Below are positions 11,249 to 20,212 of a stretch of 64,000 nt of DNA, in pieces (within the stretch, counting starts at the first letter, position 1; each line of letters opens with the position of its first letter). The notes below the pieces were generated by a model, which was not told the origin of the DNA, did no database searches, and saw nothing but the letters and a program-made list of their open reading frames with translations. This DNA is from Alphaproteobacteria bacterium WMHbin7 (GTDB lineage: Bacteria; Pseudomonadota; Alphaproteobacteria; Rhodospirillales; WMHbin7), in the NCBI GenBank assembly GCA_002753155.1, contig PDZW01000011.1, positions 14,399-78,398 on the forward strand, given 5' to 3'. Both the position numbers and the translations under genes were made by a program.

Positions 11249-11610
11249 GCATTCTCTCCAAGAAATTCCGTGATGATCTGTTCGCGGGCGACGGCGTTCA
11301 GTCGCTCCATTTCGCGCTTCAGGGCATGCTCGTCCATCTTTTGGCCATGGGCGGCAAGATCGCCAAGCGCCTTGGCAACCACGCCCGCCCCTTCCGGATC
11401 GGCGAAACCCGTTTCGACCATAAGCTTGGCATAGGTCGCCGCCTTGGCCTCATCCAGTCCGATCTTTTCCGCCACCCACAGCCCCACCAGACGGTTGGCC
11501 CGGTTGCGGGTCTTGAATTTGATTTCCTCGTCCTGCTGGTATTTTGCCTCGAAGGCGCGCTTGCGCTCCTCAAGCACCTTCTTGCCGGACTTTTTGTGAT
11601 CTTCTTCCAT
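11245..11610 (-). CDS. DUF1476 protein (F1Fo-ATPase inhibitor zeta-like)
   Basis: [16 protein letters not shown]...R.NRL.GLW.AE..G pattern. Confidence 0.8.
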   Translation of the reverse strand: MEEDHKKSGKKVLEERKRAFEAKYQQDEEIKFKTRNRANRLVGLWVAEKIGLDEAKAATYAKLMVETGFADPEGAGVVAKALGDLAAHGQKMDEHALKREMERLNAVAREQIITEFLGENA

Positions 11611-11672
11611 GCCGCACCCTGATTTGTTCGCCGGGATTATACTAACGCCAAGCGAAGCGGTATACTGCCCGC

Positions 11673-12419
11673 ATGTGTACCTTGATCATTCTTCGCCAAC
11701 CCGGCCAGGTTTGGCCCCTGATGCTGGCCGCCAACCGCGACGAAATGGCGGGGCGCCCCTGGAAACCGCCGGGACGCCATTGGCCCGACCGTCCCGACGT
11801 GGTGGCGGGGTTGGACGAACAAGCGGGCGGAAGCTGGCTGGGGATAAACGATCATGGCGTGGTGGCGGGCATTCTGAACCGTGTGGGCAGTCTGGGCGCC
11901 TTGGCCGGAAAAAGATCGCGCGGCGAACTGGTTTTGGAAGCGCTTGACCATGCCGACGCCGCCCTGGCGGCAAAAGCGCTTTCCGACCTAGACCCCAGGG
12001 CCTACCGGCCCTTTAATCTTATGATCGCCGATTCCCAAGACGCCTTTTGGCTGAAGAATGATGGAAGAAGAATTGAAACGGCAACCATCCCCAAAGGCCT
12101 CCACATGCTGACGGCGCATGACCTGGACGATATGGCAAGCCCCCGGATTCAAGCCTTCCTGCCCCGATTTAAGGCAGCCCCGTTGCCCAGCCCCGACAAG
12201 GAGGATTGGACAGCGTGGAAAGAACTGATGGCAACACGAGCCCCCGGTAGAGGCAGCGAGGACGCAGCCCTTCTGATCGAGAGAGAGGATGGTTTCGGCA
12301 CGGTTTCCAGCGCCCTGATCGCCCTGCCCCAGCCGAATCCGGGGCAACATCCGCTCTTCCTGTTCGCCCCCGGCCCGCCGGACCGGACGGAATTTACTCT
12401 GCTGCCACCTTCGGGCTGA
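11673..12419 (+). CDS. NRDE/TANGO2 family protein
   Basis: MCTL start, ANRDE, GGSWLG, SRGELV, FGTVSS. Confidence 0.92.
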   Translation: MCTLIILRQPGQVWPLMLAANRDEMAGRPWKPPGRHWPDRPDVVAGLDEQAGGSWLGINDHGVVAGILNRVGSLGALAGKRSRGELVLEALDHADAALAAKALSDLDPRAYRPFNLMIADSQDAFWLKNDGRRIETATIPKGLHMLTAHDLDDMASPRIQAFLPRFKAAPLPSPDKEDWTAWKELMATRAPGRGSEDAALLIEREDGFGTVSSALIALPQPNPGQHPLFLFAPGPPDRTEFTLLPPSG

Positions 12420-13611
12420 AATCCAGCACGACATCGCCCGGCAAAACGGCGCGGTCGCGCCCCGTGCGCTTGGCCTCATACATGCGTGCATCGGCCTTTT
12501 CGACCAGATGCGCCCAGTCGGGCATATTGTCCTGAATACGCTCGGCCAGACCGATCGAAGCGGTCAGAGGTGTGCCGTCGGGACGAAGACCGAACCCCAA
12601 TTCGCGCAGGCGCTCGATGACGATTCGGGCGCCGGGTCCATCGGTGTTGTTGAGGATGGCAATGAATTCCTCACCGCCCCAGCGCACCAACACGTCGCCC
12701 TTGCGAAGCCCTTGCTTCAGCTTGTCGGCCAGGGTTCTTAAGGCCTTGTCGCCTTCCTCATGGCCATAGACGTCATTGATCGTCTTGAATTTATCAAGAT
12801 CAAAGAAGGCCACCGACAAGGGCGTGTTCTGAAGTGCTGACAGACGGAAGAGAAGCTCGATGGTCTCGTTGCCCGAGCGGCGCGTATAGGCCTGGGTCAG
12901 GGGATCGATCATGGCGCGGTTGACCAGGGCGGCCATGTAGTGAAGCTGGCTCATGCCCGAGAACATCGCCACCCCCATGACCAGCACCATCAGCCAAAGC
13001 GCTGGTCCGTGCACCTGCAAGCTCAGCACTTGGCCTTCCATGAAAAGGCCAATGACGGCGAAGGCGAAGGCGGGGGTTGCAAAAATCACCACCTCGAAGG
13101 CCGTCAGCGGGAACATGGCCAATCCGGCCAGCACGATGTTGGGCATCAGGGAATAGAGCTTGGCAACCAGTTTGCCCAGTTCGCTCAGTTCGAGCGACTG
13201 GATGATCTGAATCGAAGAGAGATAGAAGACGGGCGGCACCAGAAGCATCGCCATCAGCATGGCGTCAGCCTGAAGACGCGACTTTTCGGTTTCCCACGGC
13301 CAGGCAAGCATAAAGAAGATGATCCCAGACGCAATGCGCAAGGCCGTCATCATCGCCCATTCCGGCCAGGGAAAGACGAACCAGTCGATAATCGAGAACA
13401 TCGGCACCAGCACGGCGAAAATGGCCGACATCAACTGGACGCGTGAAATCGTGACGGACGCGGCGTGGCGCCGTATATGAGTCGTATGGCGGAAGGGAAC
13501 GACCAGATCGACGAACTGGTCCCAGGTGATCTTGATCGGCGCAAAGACGTGCGCGGCAAAGGACCGCTTCACATTGCCATTGCCATTGTCATTCTCGCTG
13601 TCGCCGCTCAT
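12394..13611 (-). CDS. membrane-bound diguanylate cyclase
   Basis: several N-terminal TM helices; DLDKFKTINDVYGH; RKGD I-site; GGEEF active site. Confidence 0.92.
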   Translation of the reverse strand: MSGDSENDNGNGNVKRSFAAHVFAPIKITWDQFVDLVVPFRHTTHIRRHAASVTISRVQLMSAIFAVLVPMFSIIDWFVFPWPEWAMMTALRIASGIIFFMLAWPWETEKSRLQADAMLMAMLLVPPVFYLSSIQIIQSLELSELGKLVAKLYSLMPNIVLAGLAMFPLTAFEVVIFATPAFAFAVIGLFMEGQVLSLQVHGPALWLMVLVMGVAMFSGMSQLHYMAALVNRAMIDPLTQAYTRRSGNETIELLFRLSALQNTPLSVAFFDLDKFKTINDVYGHEEGDKALRTLADKLKQGLRKGDVLVRWGGEEFIAILNNTDGPGARIVIERLRELGFGLRPDGTPLTASIGLAERIQDNMPDWAHLVEKADARMYEAKRTGRDRAVLPGDVVLDFSPKVAAE

Positions 13612-13703
13612 TCATCCACCCATGTCCACTGTCGCAGATGAAAGACCCTAATGAATTTACGGACTGAAAACAACGCCCCTTCGCCGGTGCACAATGGAAT
13701 TGT

Positions 13704-14660
13704 CTAAACTGGCTTGAATTGCTTGAAACAAGCGCTGCAAACTTTCTGCAAAGCGCGCTGTACTTCTGAAATCTCCATATATTTCAAATCAGTGGCCCGC
13801 AAAATCGTCACATTGCCCCCCCTTGGAGCGCAAAGGGCGGGGTCGGAGTCGCCGGAAAAAAGAACGACCGAGGGGGCGTTTGCCGCAGTGATCAGATGCA
13901 TCGGTCCGGTATCGTTACCAAGCGCCATGACAGCACCTTGCGCCAGAACGGCGATATCGGAGAAATTCGTCTGGCCGGACAGATCGACCGACTGGGGACA
14001 GATCATGCGCACGATCTCCAGGGCTTCCTTGTCCTGGTCCGTCCCCAAGAGAACCGGCGTGATGCCCTGGGCGATCCAGCGCCTTGCCATTTCGCCGTAA
14101 CGCGCACTGGGCCAGCGCTTGGCCGGACGATGCGGCGCGCCCCCGGGCACCAGAAGGCCGTAGCGTTCGGGCAGATGAAAGCGGGCGGTATCGGCCTTGG
14201 CCCAGGACAGGTCGGGCAGCGGGGTTTCGGCGATCCCCGCCATGGACAATTGCTCGGCCTGACGCTCGATCGTATGCATCTCGTCGCGCTTGGGATTGGC
14301 ATGCGGATGCGAGCAGCCCAAAGCGATACCCGACCATTCCGGGGCAAAGGGGCGCATCAGGTGAAAATAGCGCGAGCTGCGCCTTGAGGTTTGAAGGTCA
14401 TAGACGCGGACAAAGCGTCCCTGGCGCAGGCGACGCGCCAATTTAAGCACGCCCAGGGGATCCTTAAGACGCGGGCGCTCGTCGACCCAAACCTCGTCCG
14501 CATAGGGGCTTTGCCTCAGAAAATCGGCATAGGGCTTCGTCGTCAGCAAGATGATGCGGTCATGCTTGTGATGGGCGCGGATGGCTGCCATGGGCCCCAG
14601 CGCCTGAACGATATCGCCGAGCGCCGAAAGCTTGATGACTAGGATATTCGCCATGGTCAT
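13704..14660 (-). CDS. GT9 family heptosyltransferase-like glycosyltransferase
   Basis: ILVIKLSALGDIV, KRWP, GNDTGPMH; ATG at 14660 overlaps the upstream stop. Confidence 0.9.
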   Translation of the reverse strand: MTMANILVIKLSALGDIVQALGPMAAIRAHHKHDRIILLTTKPYADFLRQSPYADEVWVDERPRLKDPLGVLKLARRLRQGRFVRVYDLQTSRRSSRYFHLMRPFAPEWSGIALGCSHPHANPKRDEMHTIERQAEQLSMAGIAETPLPDLSWAKADTARFHLPERYGLLVPGGAPHRPAKRWPSARYGEMARRWIAQGITPVLLGTDQDKEALEIVRMICPQSVDLSGQTNFSDIAVLAQGAVMALGNDTGPMHLITAANAPSVVLFSGDSDPALCAPRGGNVTILRATDLKYMEISEVQRALQKVCSACFKQFKPV

Positions 14661-15847
14661 GCCGACGGTTCGAGGTTCAAGACCTCGCGGTAGACAGTAA
14701 GCGTTTCGTCGCACATCCGCTTCTTGGAGAAATTCGCCCTGGCATGCTGTATCGCCTGCTCGGCCCTTTTCTTGCGAAGCCCGATCTCCATTTCCAAAAC
14801 GTCGCTGATCGATTGCGCCAGCGCGGCTGAATCGCCAGGGGTTACCAACCAACCCGTCTCACCCGCGATCACGGTTTCCTTGGCCCCCCCATGGTCCGAG
14901 GCCACCACGGGCCGCCCCATCGCCTGAGCCTCGACGATGATGCGCCCGAAGGCCTCGGGATCGGTCGAGGCGGACACCACCACGTCGGACAGCATGTAGG
15001 CGGCAGGCAGATCGCGGCAATCATCGATGACATGCACCACGTCATCCAGGCCAAGACGGCGCGTCTGAGCCAGCAGTTCCTCGCGATAATCCGTGCGCCC
15101 CTGATCCGACCCCACCAGCAGGCAGCGCATATCCGCCCAACCCAGCACGTCACGCATCTCGGCCATGGCCTCGATCAGCACCGGCTGGCCCTTCCAGCGG
15201 GTCAGGCGCCCCGGCAGCATGATAACCGGAACCCCATCGGGCAGACGCCAGGCGGTAGACAGTTGAATGATCCGTTCGGGTGAAACATGCGCCGGATCGA
15301 AAATGTCGAAATCGATTCCTCTGGGCACCACGCGCACCCGCTCCCACCCCACCCCGTAATATTGATGGATATGGCTGGCGATGAAATGCGAAATGGCGAT
15401 CACCCGCTCGCCCTTGGCCATCACGGCGTTGTAATGGCGCTTCAGCGCCATCGGCCCCAGATTATAGGTGCCGTGAAAGGTGGTGACGAAATGGCAACCC
15501 GCCTTTTTGGCGGCAGACTCGGCACTCCAGGCCGGAGCGCGAGAACGGGCATGAATGATGTCGGCCTTGATCTCCTTGGCCAGTTCGGCCAATCGCTCGG
15601 CATTCTTGCGCATGACCAAAGGATTTTTCGAGGCAACCGGCAAAATGACATGCTTGGCCCCGGCGCGTTCCAATTCGCGCACCATGGGTCCGCCCGTGGA
15701 AACCACATAGCTGCCCCATCCCGCCTCGGCCAAGGCAATACCCACATCGACGGCGCCGCGCTCGACGCCGCCGGTGACCAGGGCGGGCAGCACCTGCAGA
15801 ACCACGGGTTGGCGGGAAGGCTGTGAATTGCTAGACTGCTCGGTCAT
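14657..15847 (-). CDS. GT4 family glycosyltransferase
   Basis: LPALVTGGVE, HARSRAPAW, GRLTRWKG, EAFGRIIVEAQAMG. Confidence 0.92.
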   Translation of the reverse strand: MTEQSSNSQPSRQPVVLQVLPALVTGGVERGAVDVGIALAEAGWGSYVVSTGGPMVRELERAGAKHVILPVASKNPLVMRKNAERLAELAKEIKADIIHARSRAPAWSAESAAKKAGCHFVTTFHGTYNLGPMALKRHYNAVMAKGERVIAISHFIASHIHQYYGVGWERVRVVPRGIDFDIFDPAHVSPERIIQLSTAWRLPDGVPVIMLPGRLTRWKGQPVLIEAMAEMRDVLGWADMRCLLVGSDQGRTDYREELLAQTRRLGLDDVVHVIDDCRDLPAAYMLSDVVVSASTDPEAFGRIIVEAQAMGRPVVASDHGGAKETVIAGETGWLVTPGDSAALAQSISDVLEMEIGLRKKRAEQAIQHARANFSKKRMCDETLTVYREVLNLEPSA

Positions 15848-16619
15848 GAATGAATCCGTAGATAGACCCTTGATGTTAACACGCGACGGCGGCGCCACAA
15901 TCGCCTACCACAGGCTTTCAGGCAAGGGGCCGGGCGTGGTTTTTATGACCGGCTTCATGTCGGACATGACCGGAAGCAAGGCCCTGGCCCTGGAAGAGCT
16001 GTGCAAAGCCCGGGGCCAGGCCTTCTTGCGCTTCGATTACCGGGGCCACGGCGCCTCGTCAGACAGCTTCAGAAACGGCTGTATCGGCGACTGGGCCGAG
16101 GATGCCATCCTGGCCCTGGACGAACTGAGCGAGGGGCCGCAGGTCCTGGTGGGCTCCAGCATGGGGGGCTGGATCATGCTGCTGACCGCCCTGGCCCGAC
16201 CTTTGCGCGTGGCCGGGCTGGTGGGCATCGCCCCCGCCCCCGATTTCACGGAAAACCTGATCTGGCCGGAATTGACCGAGGCGCAGAGGCAGACCGTGGC
16301 CAGCCAGGGATTCGTAGAAATTCCCAGCCAGTACGGCGAAGCGCCCTATTTGATCACCCGGCGACTGATCGAGGATGGGCGCACCCACCTGCTGTTGAAC
16401 AAGGGCCCCCTGCCCATCAATGTGCCCGTGCGCATCATCCAGGGCATGGAGGACAAGGACGTGCCCTGGAAGACCGCGCTGGCTATCCAGAACGCAGTGG
16501 AAAGCCAGGACGTCGAAATCACCTTCGTGAAAAACGGCGGCCACCGCTTAAGCGAGCCCGAGGACCTTTCGCGGCTGGTGCGCACGGTGGCAGCGCTGTT
16601 GGATCAGGTGGAAGTGTGA
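15846..16619 (+). CDS. alpha/beta hydrolase (start 15846 or 15873)
   Basis: GFMSDMTGSKA, FDYRGHG, GSSMGG nucleophile elbow, GGHRLS. Confidence 0.9.
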   Translation: MNESVDRPLMLTRDGGATIAYHRLSGKGPGVVFMTGFMSDMTGSKALALEELCKARGQAFLRFDYRGHGASSDSFRNGCIGDWAEDAILALDELSEGPQVLVGSSMGGWIMLLTALARPLRVAGLVGIAPAPDFTENLIWPELTEAQRQTVASQGFVEIPSQYGEAPYLITRRLIEDGRTHLLLNKGPLPINVPVRIIQGMEDKDVPWKTALAIQNAVESQDVEITFVKNGGHRLSEPEDLSRLVRTVAALLDQVEV

Positions 16620-16957
16620 GCGCCCTTCAGATGCCCGACCAAGTGTTTTTGCACTTTCAGACGATCTGTTTTTGAAAGCTTGCCCAAAGCCTCGGCATCG
16701 CCAGCTTCAATCGTGGCGATCTTGGCAGTGCGGACCAAAGAGGGGGCGGGCAAGCCCGCTATTTCAAGATCGGATATTTCGACATCCGATGGCCAGCCGC
16801 GATTCCCAGCGCTGGTGATCATCAGCACCCAAAGCAGAAAACCCTCCCGGTCCGCATGCGGCAGGGCGACAACCAAAGCCGGACGATGCTGACGGACAGG
16901 CCTGTTCGTATACGGAAAAGGAACCCTGACGACGTCCCAGACCTTAAAGCTTGGCAT
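16604..16957 (-). CDS. PemK/MazF family toxin
   Basis: DVVRVPFPYT....HRPALVV, MITS, LPAPSLVR. Confidence 0.88.
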   Translation of the reverse strand: MPSFKVWDVVRVPFPYTNRPVRQHRPALVVALPHADREGFLLWVLMITSAGNRGWPSDVEISDLEIAGLPAPSLVRTAKIATIEAGDAEALGKLSKTDRLKVQKHLVGHLKGAHTST

Positions 16958-17159
16958 AGGCCTTGCGGTCGGCATCGCTGTTCCACTCTTCGAAGGTGGC
17001 GAAGGGATCATCCTTCCCCTCAGGCGCCGCCCGCATCAGGATGACCCGGCCCTTTTCGACCACATAGGCCAGTTCGTCACCCGCCTTCAATTTCAGAGCG
17101 GATCGCACCGGCTGGGGAATCGTCGTCTGCGCCTTGCTGGTCAGTTTGCTGGTAATCAC
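16944..17159 (-). CDS. AbrB/MazE (PrlF-like) antitoxin
   Basis: SKLTSKAQTTIPQPVR..L.LK.GD; overlaps the toxin start. Confidence 0.88.
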   Translation of the reverse strand: MITSKLTSKAQTTIPQPVRSALKLKAGDELAYVVEKGRVILMRAAPEGKDDPFATFEEWNSDADRKAYAKL

Positions 17160-17222
17160 TGGGGCCTGCCTTCTGACAAGGAATTTCCTTACCGGGAAGA
17201 ATAGGCCCCGCCATCCTGTCCG

Positions 17223-19490
17223 TCAAGCAACAGCACACCAATTCCGCCAAAGCTGCCGATAGGCCGCTTCGACATTTTGGGTAAACCCCTTGGCATCAAG
17301 CAAGGGCGAGGCCTGAAGGCAGGGGCGCAGGGAATTGCGCAATTTGGCCAGACGGTCGTGATCGAGGGCTAGCGAAACCGCCAGCGCCACATAGGCCTCG
17401 GGCGTTGCGGCCACCAGATCATCGAGGCCCACGCGGGCCAGCAACGATGCCGACACCCGGCTGACATGCGTTTTGCCCGCCAGAGTCACCACAGGTGTTC
17501 CCATCCACAGGCTTTCGCAGGTGGTGGCCGTGCCGCTGTAGGGGTGGGTATCGAGCGAGATATCCACCAGATTATAGGCGGCCAGATGCCCGCCCCTGCC
17601 GGGAATGCGCCCCACCGTCTTGATGCGTTCGGGATCGATGCCGTGGCCCGCAAAGCGTTCGAGAATCTCGGCCCTGGCCCTAGGATCGTCCATCGAGCGG
17701 TTCTTCAGCATGAGAACGCTTTCGGGCAGGGCCTTCAGAATCTCGGCCCACAGACGGGTAACATAGGGGCTGACCTTGGCGTGGTTGTTGAAACAGCCGA
17801 AGATGGCCTGGCCCGGCGCGCGCGGCCTGATGGGGGCGATATCGGGCGCATCCTCGGGCGGCTGAAAACACAGAAAGCCATTGGGCAGACGCACCAGCTT
17901 TTCGCTATGCAGGGAATCGCACAGGCCCGGCGGATCGGCCACGGCGTCAGTCAGGCGAAAATCGATGCCGCGAAGCCCCGTGGTGTTGGGATAACCGATC
18001 CAGGTTCCCTGAAGCGGCGCCGCCCGCCTTGCCATCAGCAAAAGCCGGTTGTCGGCCGAATGCCCGGCCAGATCGATCAGGATGTCGATGCCGTCGGAAC
18101 GGATTAGCGCCTCGGCCTCGCTATCGTTAAGCCCGCGGATTTCACGCCACAGATCGGCCTTGGCCTGCATCCGCAGGCTAACCGCATCGCCATGCAGATG
18201 ATTGGCATACAGCGCCACTTCGACATTCTGGCGGTCGTGGCTGTCCAACACCGGCTCGAAGAAATAACTGACCGAGTGTGTGCGAAAATCGGGCGAGACA
18301 TAACCGATGCGCAACCGCTTGTCCGGCGCTTTGACATTGGCATAAGCCGCTGGCCTTGGCTGGGCCTGGTGAATCTCACCAAAGCGCCGATGCTCCTGAA
18401 ACAAATCCTCGGGCGTTATGTCGGGGCTGTAACACAGCGTCATCAGCAGATTGCTGCGCACCAGGGCCGAGGCGGGATCAAGTTCGAGCGAGCGGCGAAA
18501 AGAATCAACCGCCGCCTCGACCGCACCCTGACCGTTCAGCACATGCCCAAGGGCTCCGTGATAGACGGCATTGCCGGGCTCGATGGAGATGGCGCGCTTC
18601 AAGGCATCGATGGCCGCCTCATGCTGGCCGATCAGATTGAGGATATAGCCCAGATTGAGATAGGCATCGGCGTAATCGGGGCGCAATTGCAGGGCCAACT
18701 GGGCATGCGACAACGCTTCCGAGCATCCCTCCTCCAGGCGCAAGGCCAAAGCCAGATTGTTGTGAATCAGCGCGTTTCCAGGGGCCAGCGCCACCGCCTT
18801 CCTCAAAGCAGCGACGCTTTCCTTCAAGCGTCCGCGCAGCTTCAAGGGACCGGACAGATTGTTCCAGGCCTGGGGATTTTTGGGGTCCAGCCTGACGGCG
18901 GCATCGAATTCGGCAATGGACTCGTCCAGCCGCCCCAGCCCGGCCAGAAGACCCGCAAGCGCAGTGTGGGCATGGGCCGAGTCCTCAAGCGCGATGGCCT
19001 GACGGTACAAGGCCTCGGCGGCTTCGTGATGACCCAGATTCTGCTCGATCCTGGCCAAAGCCAAAGGAATCGCTGCCAGATCGGGGGCAAGGTTCTGCGC
19101 TGCCTCGTAGCAAGCGCGGGCGGCCTGTGCCTCGCCCTCGCCTTCCAGCAACTCGCCCAGTTGGAAATGGGCATCGGCATCCTTTGGCATCAGCAAGACA
19201 GCGGCCTCGAGCGCCGACTTTGCCTCGCGGGGGCGGTCCAACGCCCTAAACGCGCGGCCCAGGGCCAACTGCGCCACCCCGTCATCAGGCGCAGCCGCCA
19301 CGGCACGCTCCAGCAGGGGGGCTGCGATATTGGGTTTCAGCACCGCCAGCGCCAATCGGCCCATCAGCGAGGCCAAACCGGAATCATTGGGATTTGCCTC
19401 GAACAGGGGGGCGGCCAGGGCATGCGCCTTTTCGATCTCGCCTTGGGCAAGCAGGTCGTTGGCGGTTTTAAGCAGAGCATCATTGGTCAT
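17223..19490 (-). CDS. TPR-repeat GT41 O-GlcNAc transferase-like (SPINDLY-type) protein
   Basis: tandem TPRs then RIGYVSPDFRTHSV, DLAGHS, GYPNTTG, FNNHAK, LDTHPYSG.ATT.E.LWMG.P. Confidence 0.9.
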   Translation of the reverse strand: MTNDALLKTANDLLAQGEIEKAHALAAPLFEANPNDSGLASLMGRLALAVLKPNIAAPLLERAVAAAPDDGVAQLALGRAFRALDRPREAKSALEAAVLLMPKDADAHFQLGELLEGEGEAQAARACYEAAQNLAPDLAAIPLALARIEQNLGHHEAAEALYRQAIALEDSAHAHTALAGLLAGLGRLDESIAEFDAAVRLDPKNPQAWNNLSGPLKLRGRLKESVAALRKAVALAPGNALIHNNLALALRLEEGCSEALSHAQLALQLRPDYADAYLNLGYILNLIGQHEAAIDALKRAISIEPGNAVYHGALGHVLNGQGAVEAAVDSFRRSLELDPASALVRSNLLMTLCYSPDITPEDLFQEHRRFGEIHQAQPRPAAYANVKAPDKRLRIGYVSPDFRTHSVSYFFEPVLDSHDRQNVEVALYANHLHGDAVSLRMQAKADLWREIRGLNDSEAEALIRSDGIDILIDLAGHSADNRLLLMARRAAPLQGTWIGYPNTTGLRGIDFRLTDAVADPPGLCDSLHSEKLVRLPNGFLCFQPPEDAPDIAPIRPRAPGQAIFGCFNNHAKVSPYVTRLWAEILKALPESVLMLKNRSMDDPRARAEILERFAGHGIDPERIKTVGRIPGRGGHLAAYNLVDISLDTHPYSGTATTCESLWMGTPVVTLAGKTHVSRVSASLLARVGLDDLVAATPEAYVALAVSLALDHDRLAKLRNSLRPCLQASPLLDAKGFTQNVEAAYRQLWRNWCAVA

Positions 19491-19586
19491 CGGCCAACAG
19501 TGCCCAGCTTCCTTGGCCCTGGCAAGGCGCATCGATTGACGAAAGGCGCCAGATTGACTAATCTTGGTTAGCTAACCGAGGATCGC

Positions 19587-19820
19587 ATGAAGCAGGTCAC
19601 CATCCACGCTGCAAAAACGCACTTGTCGCGCCTGATCGAGGAAGCCGCCTTAGGCGAAGAGGTCGTGATCGCCCGTGACCGTGTGCCGGTGGCGCGCCTT
19701 GTTCCCGTGAAGCCTCCCGAGAACAAGCGTCGTTTCGGCTCGCTGAAGGGCCGATTGAAGGTTCCGGCCTCCTTTTCTGAGCCGCTGCCCGCGTCCGAGT
19801 TGGACGCCTGGGAAAGCTGA
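19587..19820 (+). CDS. Phd/YefM family antitoxin
   Basis: TIHAAKTHLSRLIE....GEEVVIAR...PVARLVP. Confidence 0.9.
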   Translation: MKQVTIHAAKTHLSRLIEEAALGEEVVIARDRVPVARLVPVKPPENKRRFGSLKGRLKVPASFSEPLPASELDAWES

Positions 19821-19825
19821 ACCGC

Positions 19826-20212
19826 ATGCGCCTGCTGCTCGACACCCATGCCTTGCTGTGGTGGTTCGCAGGCGACGAGAAGCTGTCCAAACCGGCCAGA
19901 CGCCTGCTTGAGGAAAGCCAGAACGAGGTTCTGGTCAGCTCCGCCAGCATCTGGGAAATCGCCACAAAACATCGGCTGGGCAAACAGGCTGAGGCAGAAG
20001 CTCTATTGGAAGACCTGGAGGGTCATTTAAGCAGTCAGGGATTCTCGACCCTGCCGATTGAGCCCAGGCATGCCCTGCGCGCAGGCCTGTTGCCGGGACC
20101 ACACCGCGATCCCTTTGACCGCATGCTGATCGCGCAGTCCCTGACCGAGGACATTCCCCTGATCAGTAACGAACGCCTGTTCGATTCCTTCGGTGTGCGC
20201 CGCCTATGGTAG
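19826..20212 (+). CDS. VapC/PIN toxin
   Basis: LLLDTHALLW, SIWEIA, HRDPFDRMLIAQ. Confidence 0.92.
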   Translation: MRLLLDTHALLWWFAGDEKLSKPARRLLEESQNEVLVSSASIWEIATKHRLGKQAEAEALLEDLEGHLSSQGFSTLPIEPRHALRAGLLPGPHRDPFDRMLIAQSLTEDIPLISNERLFDSFGVRRLW

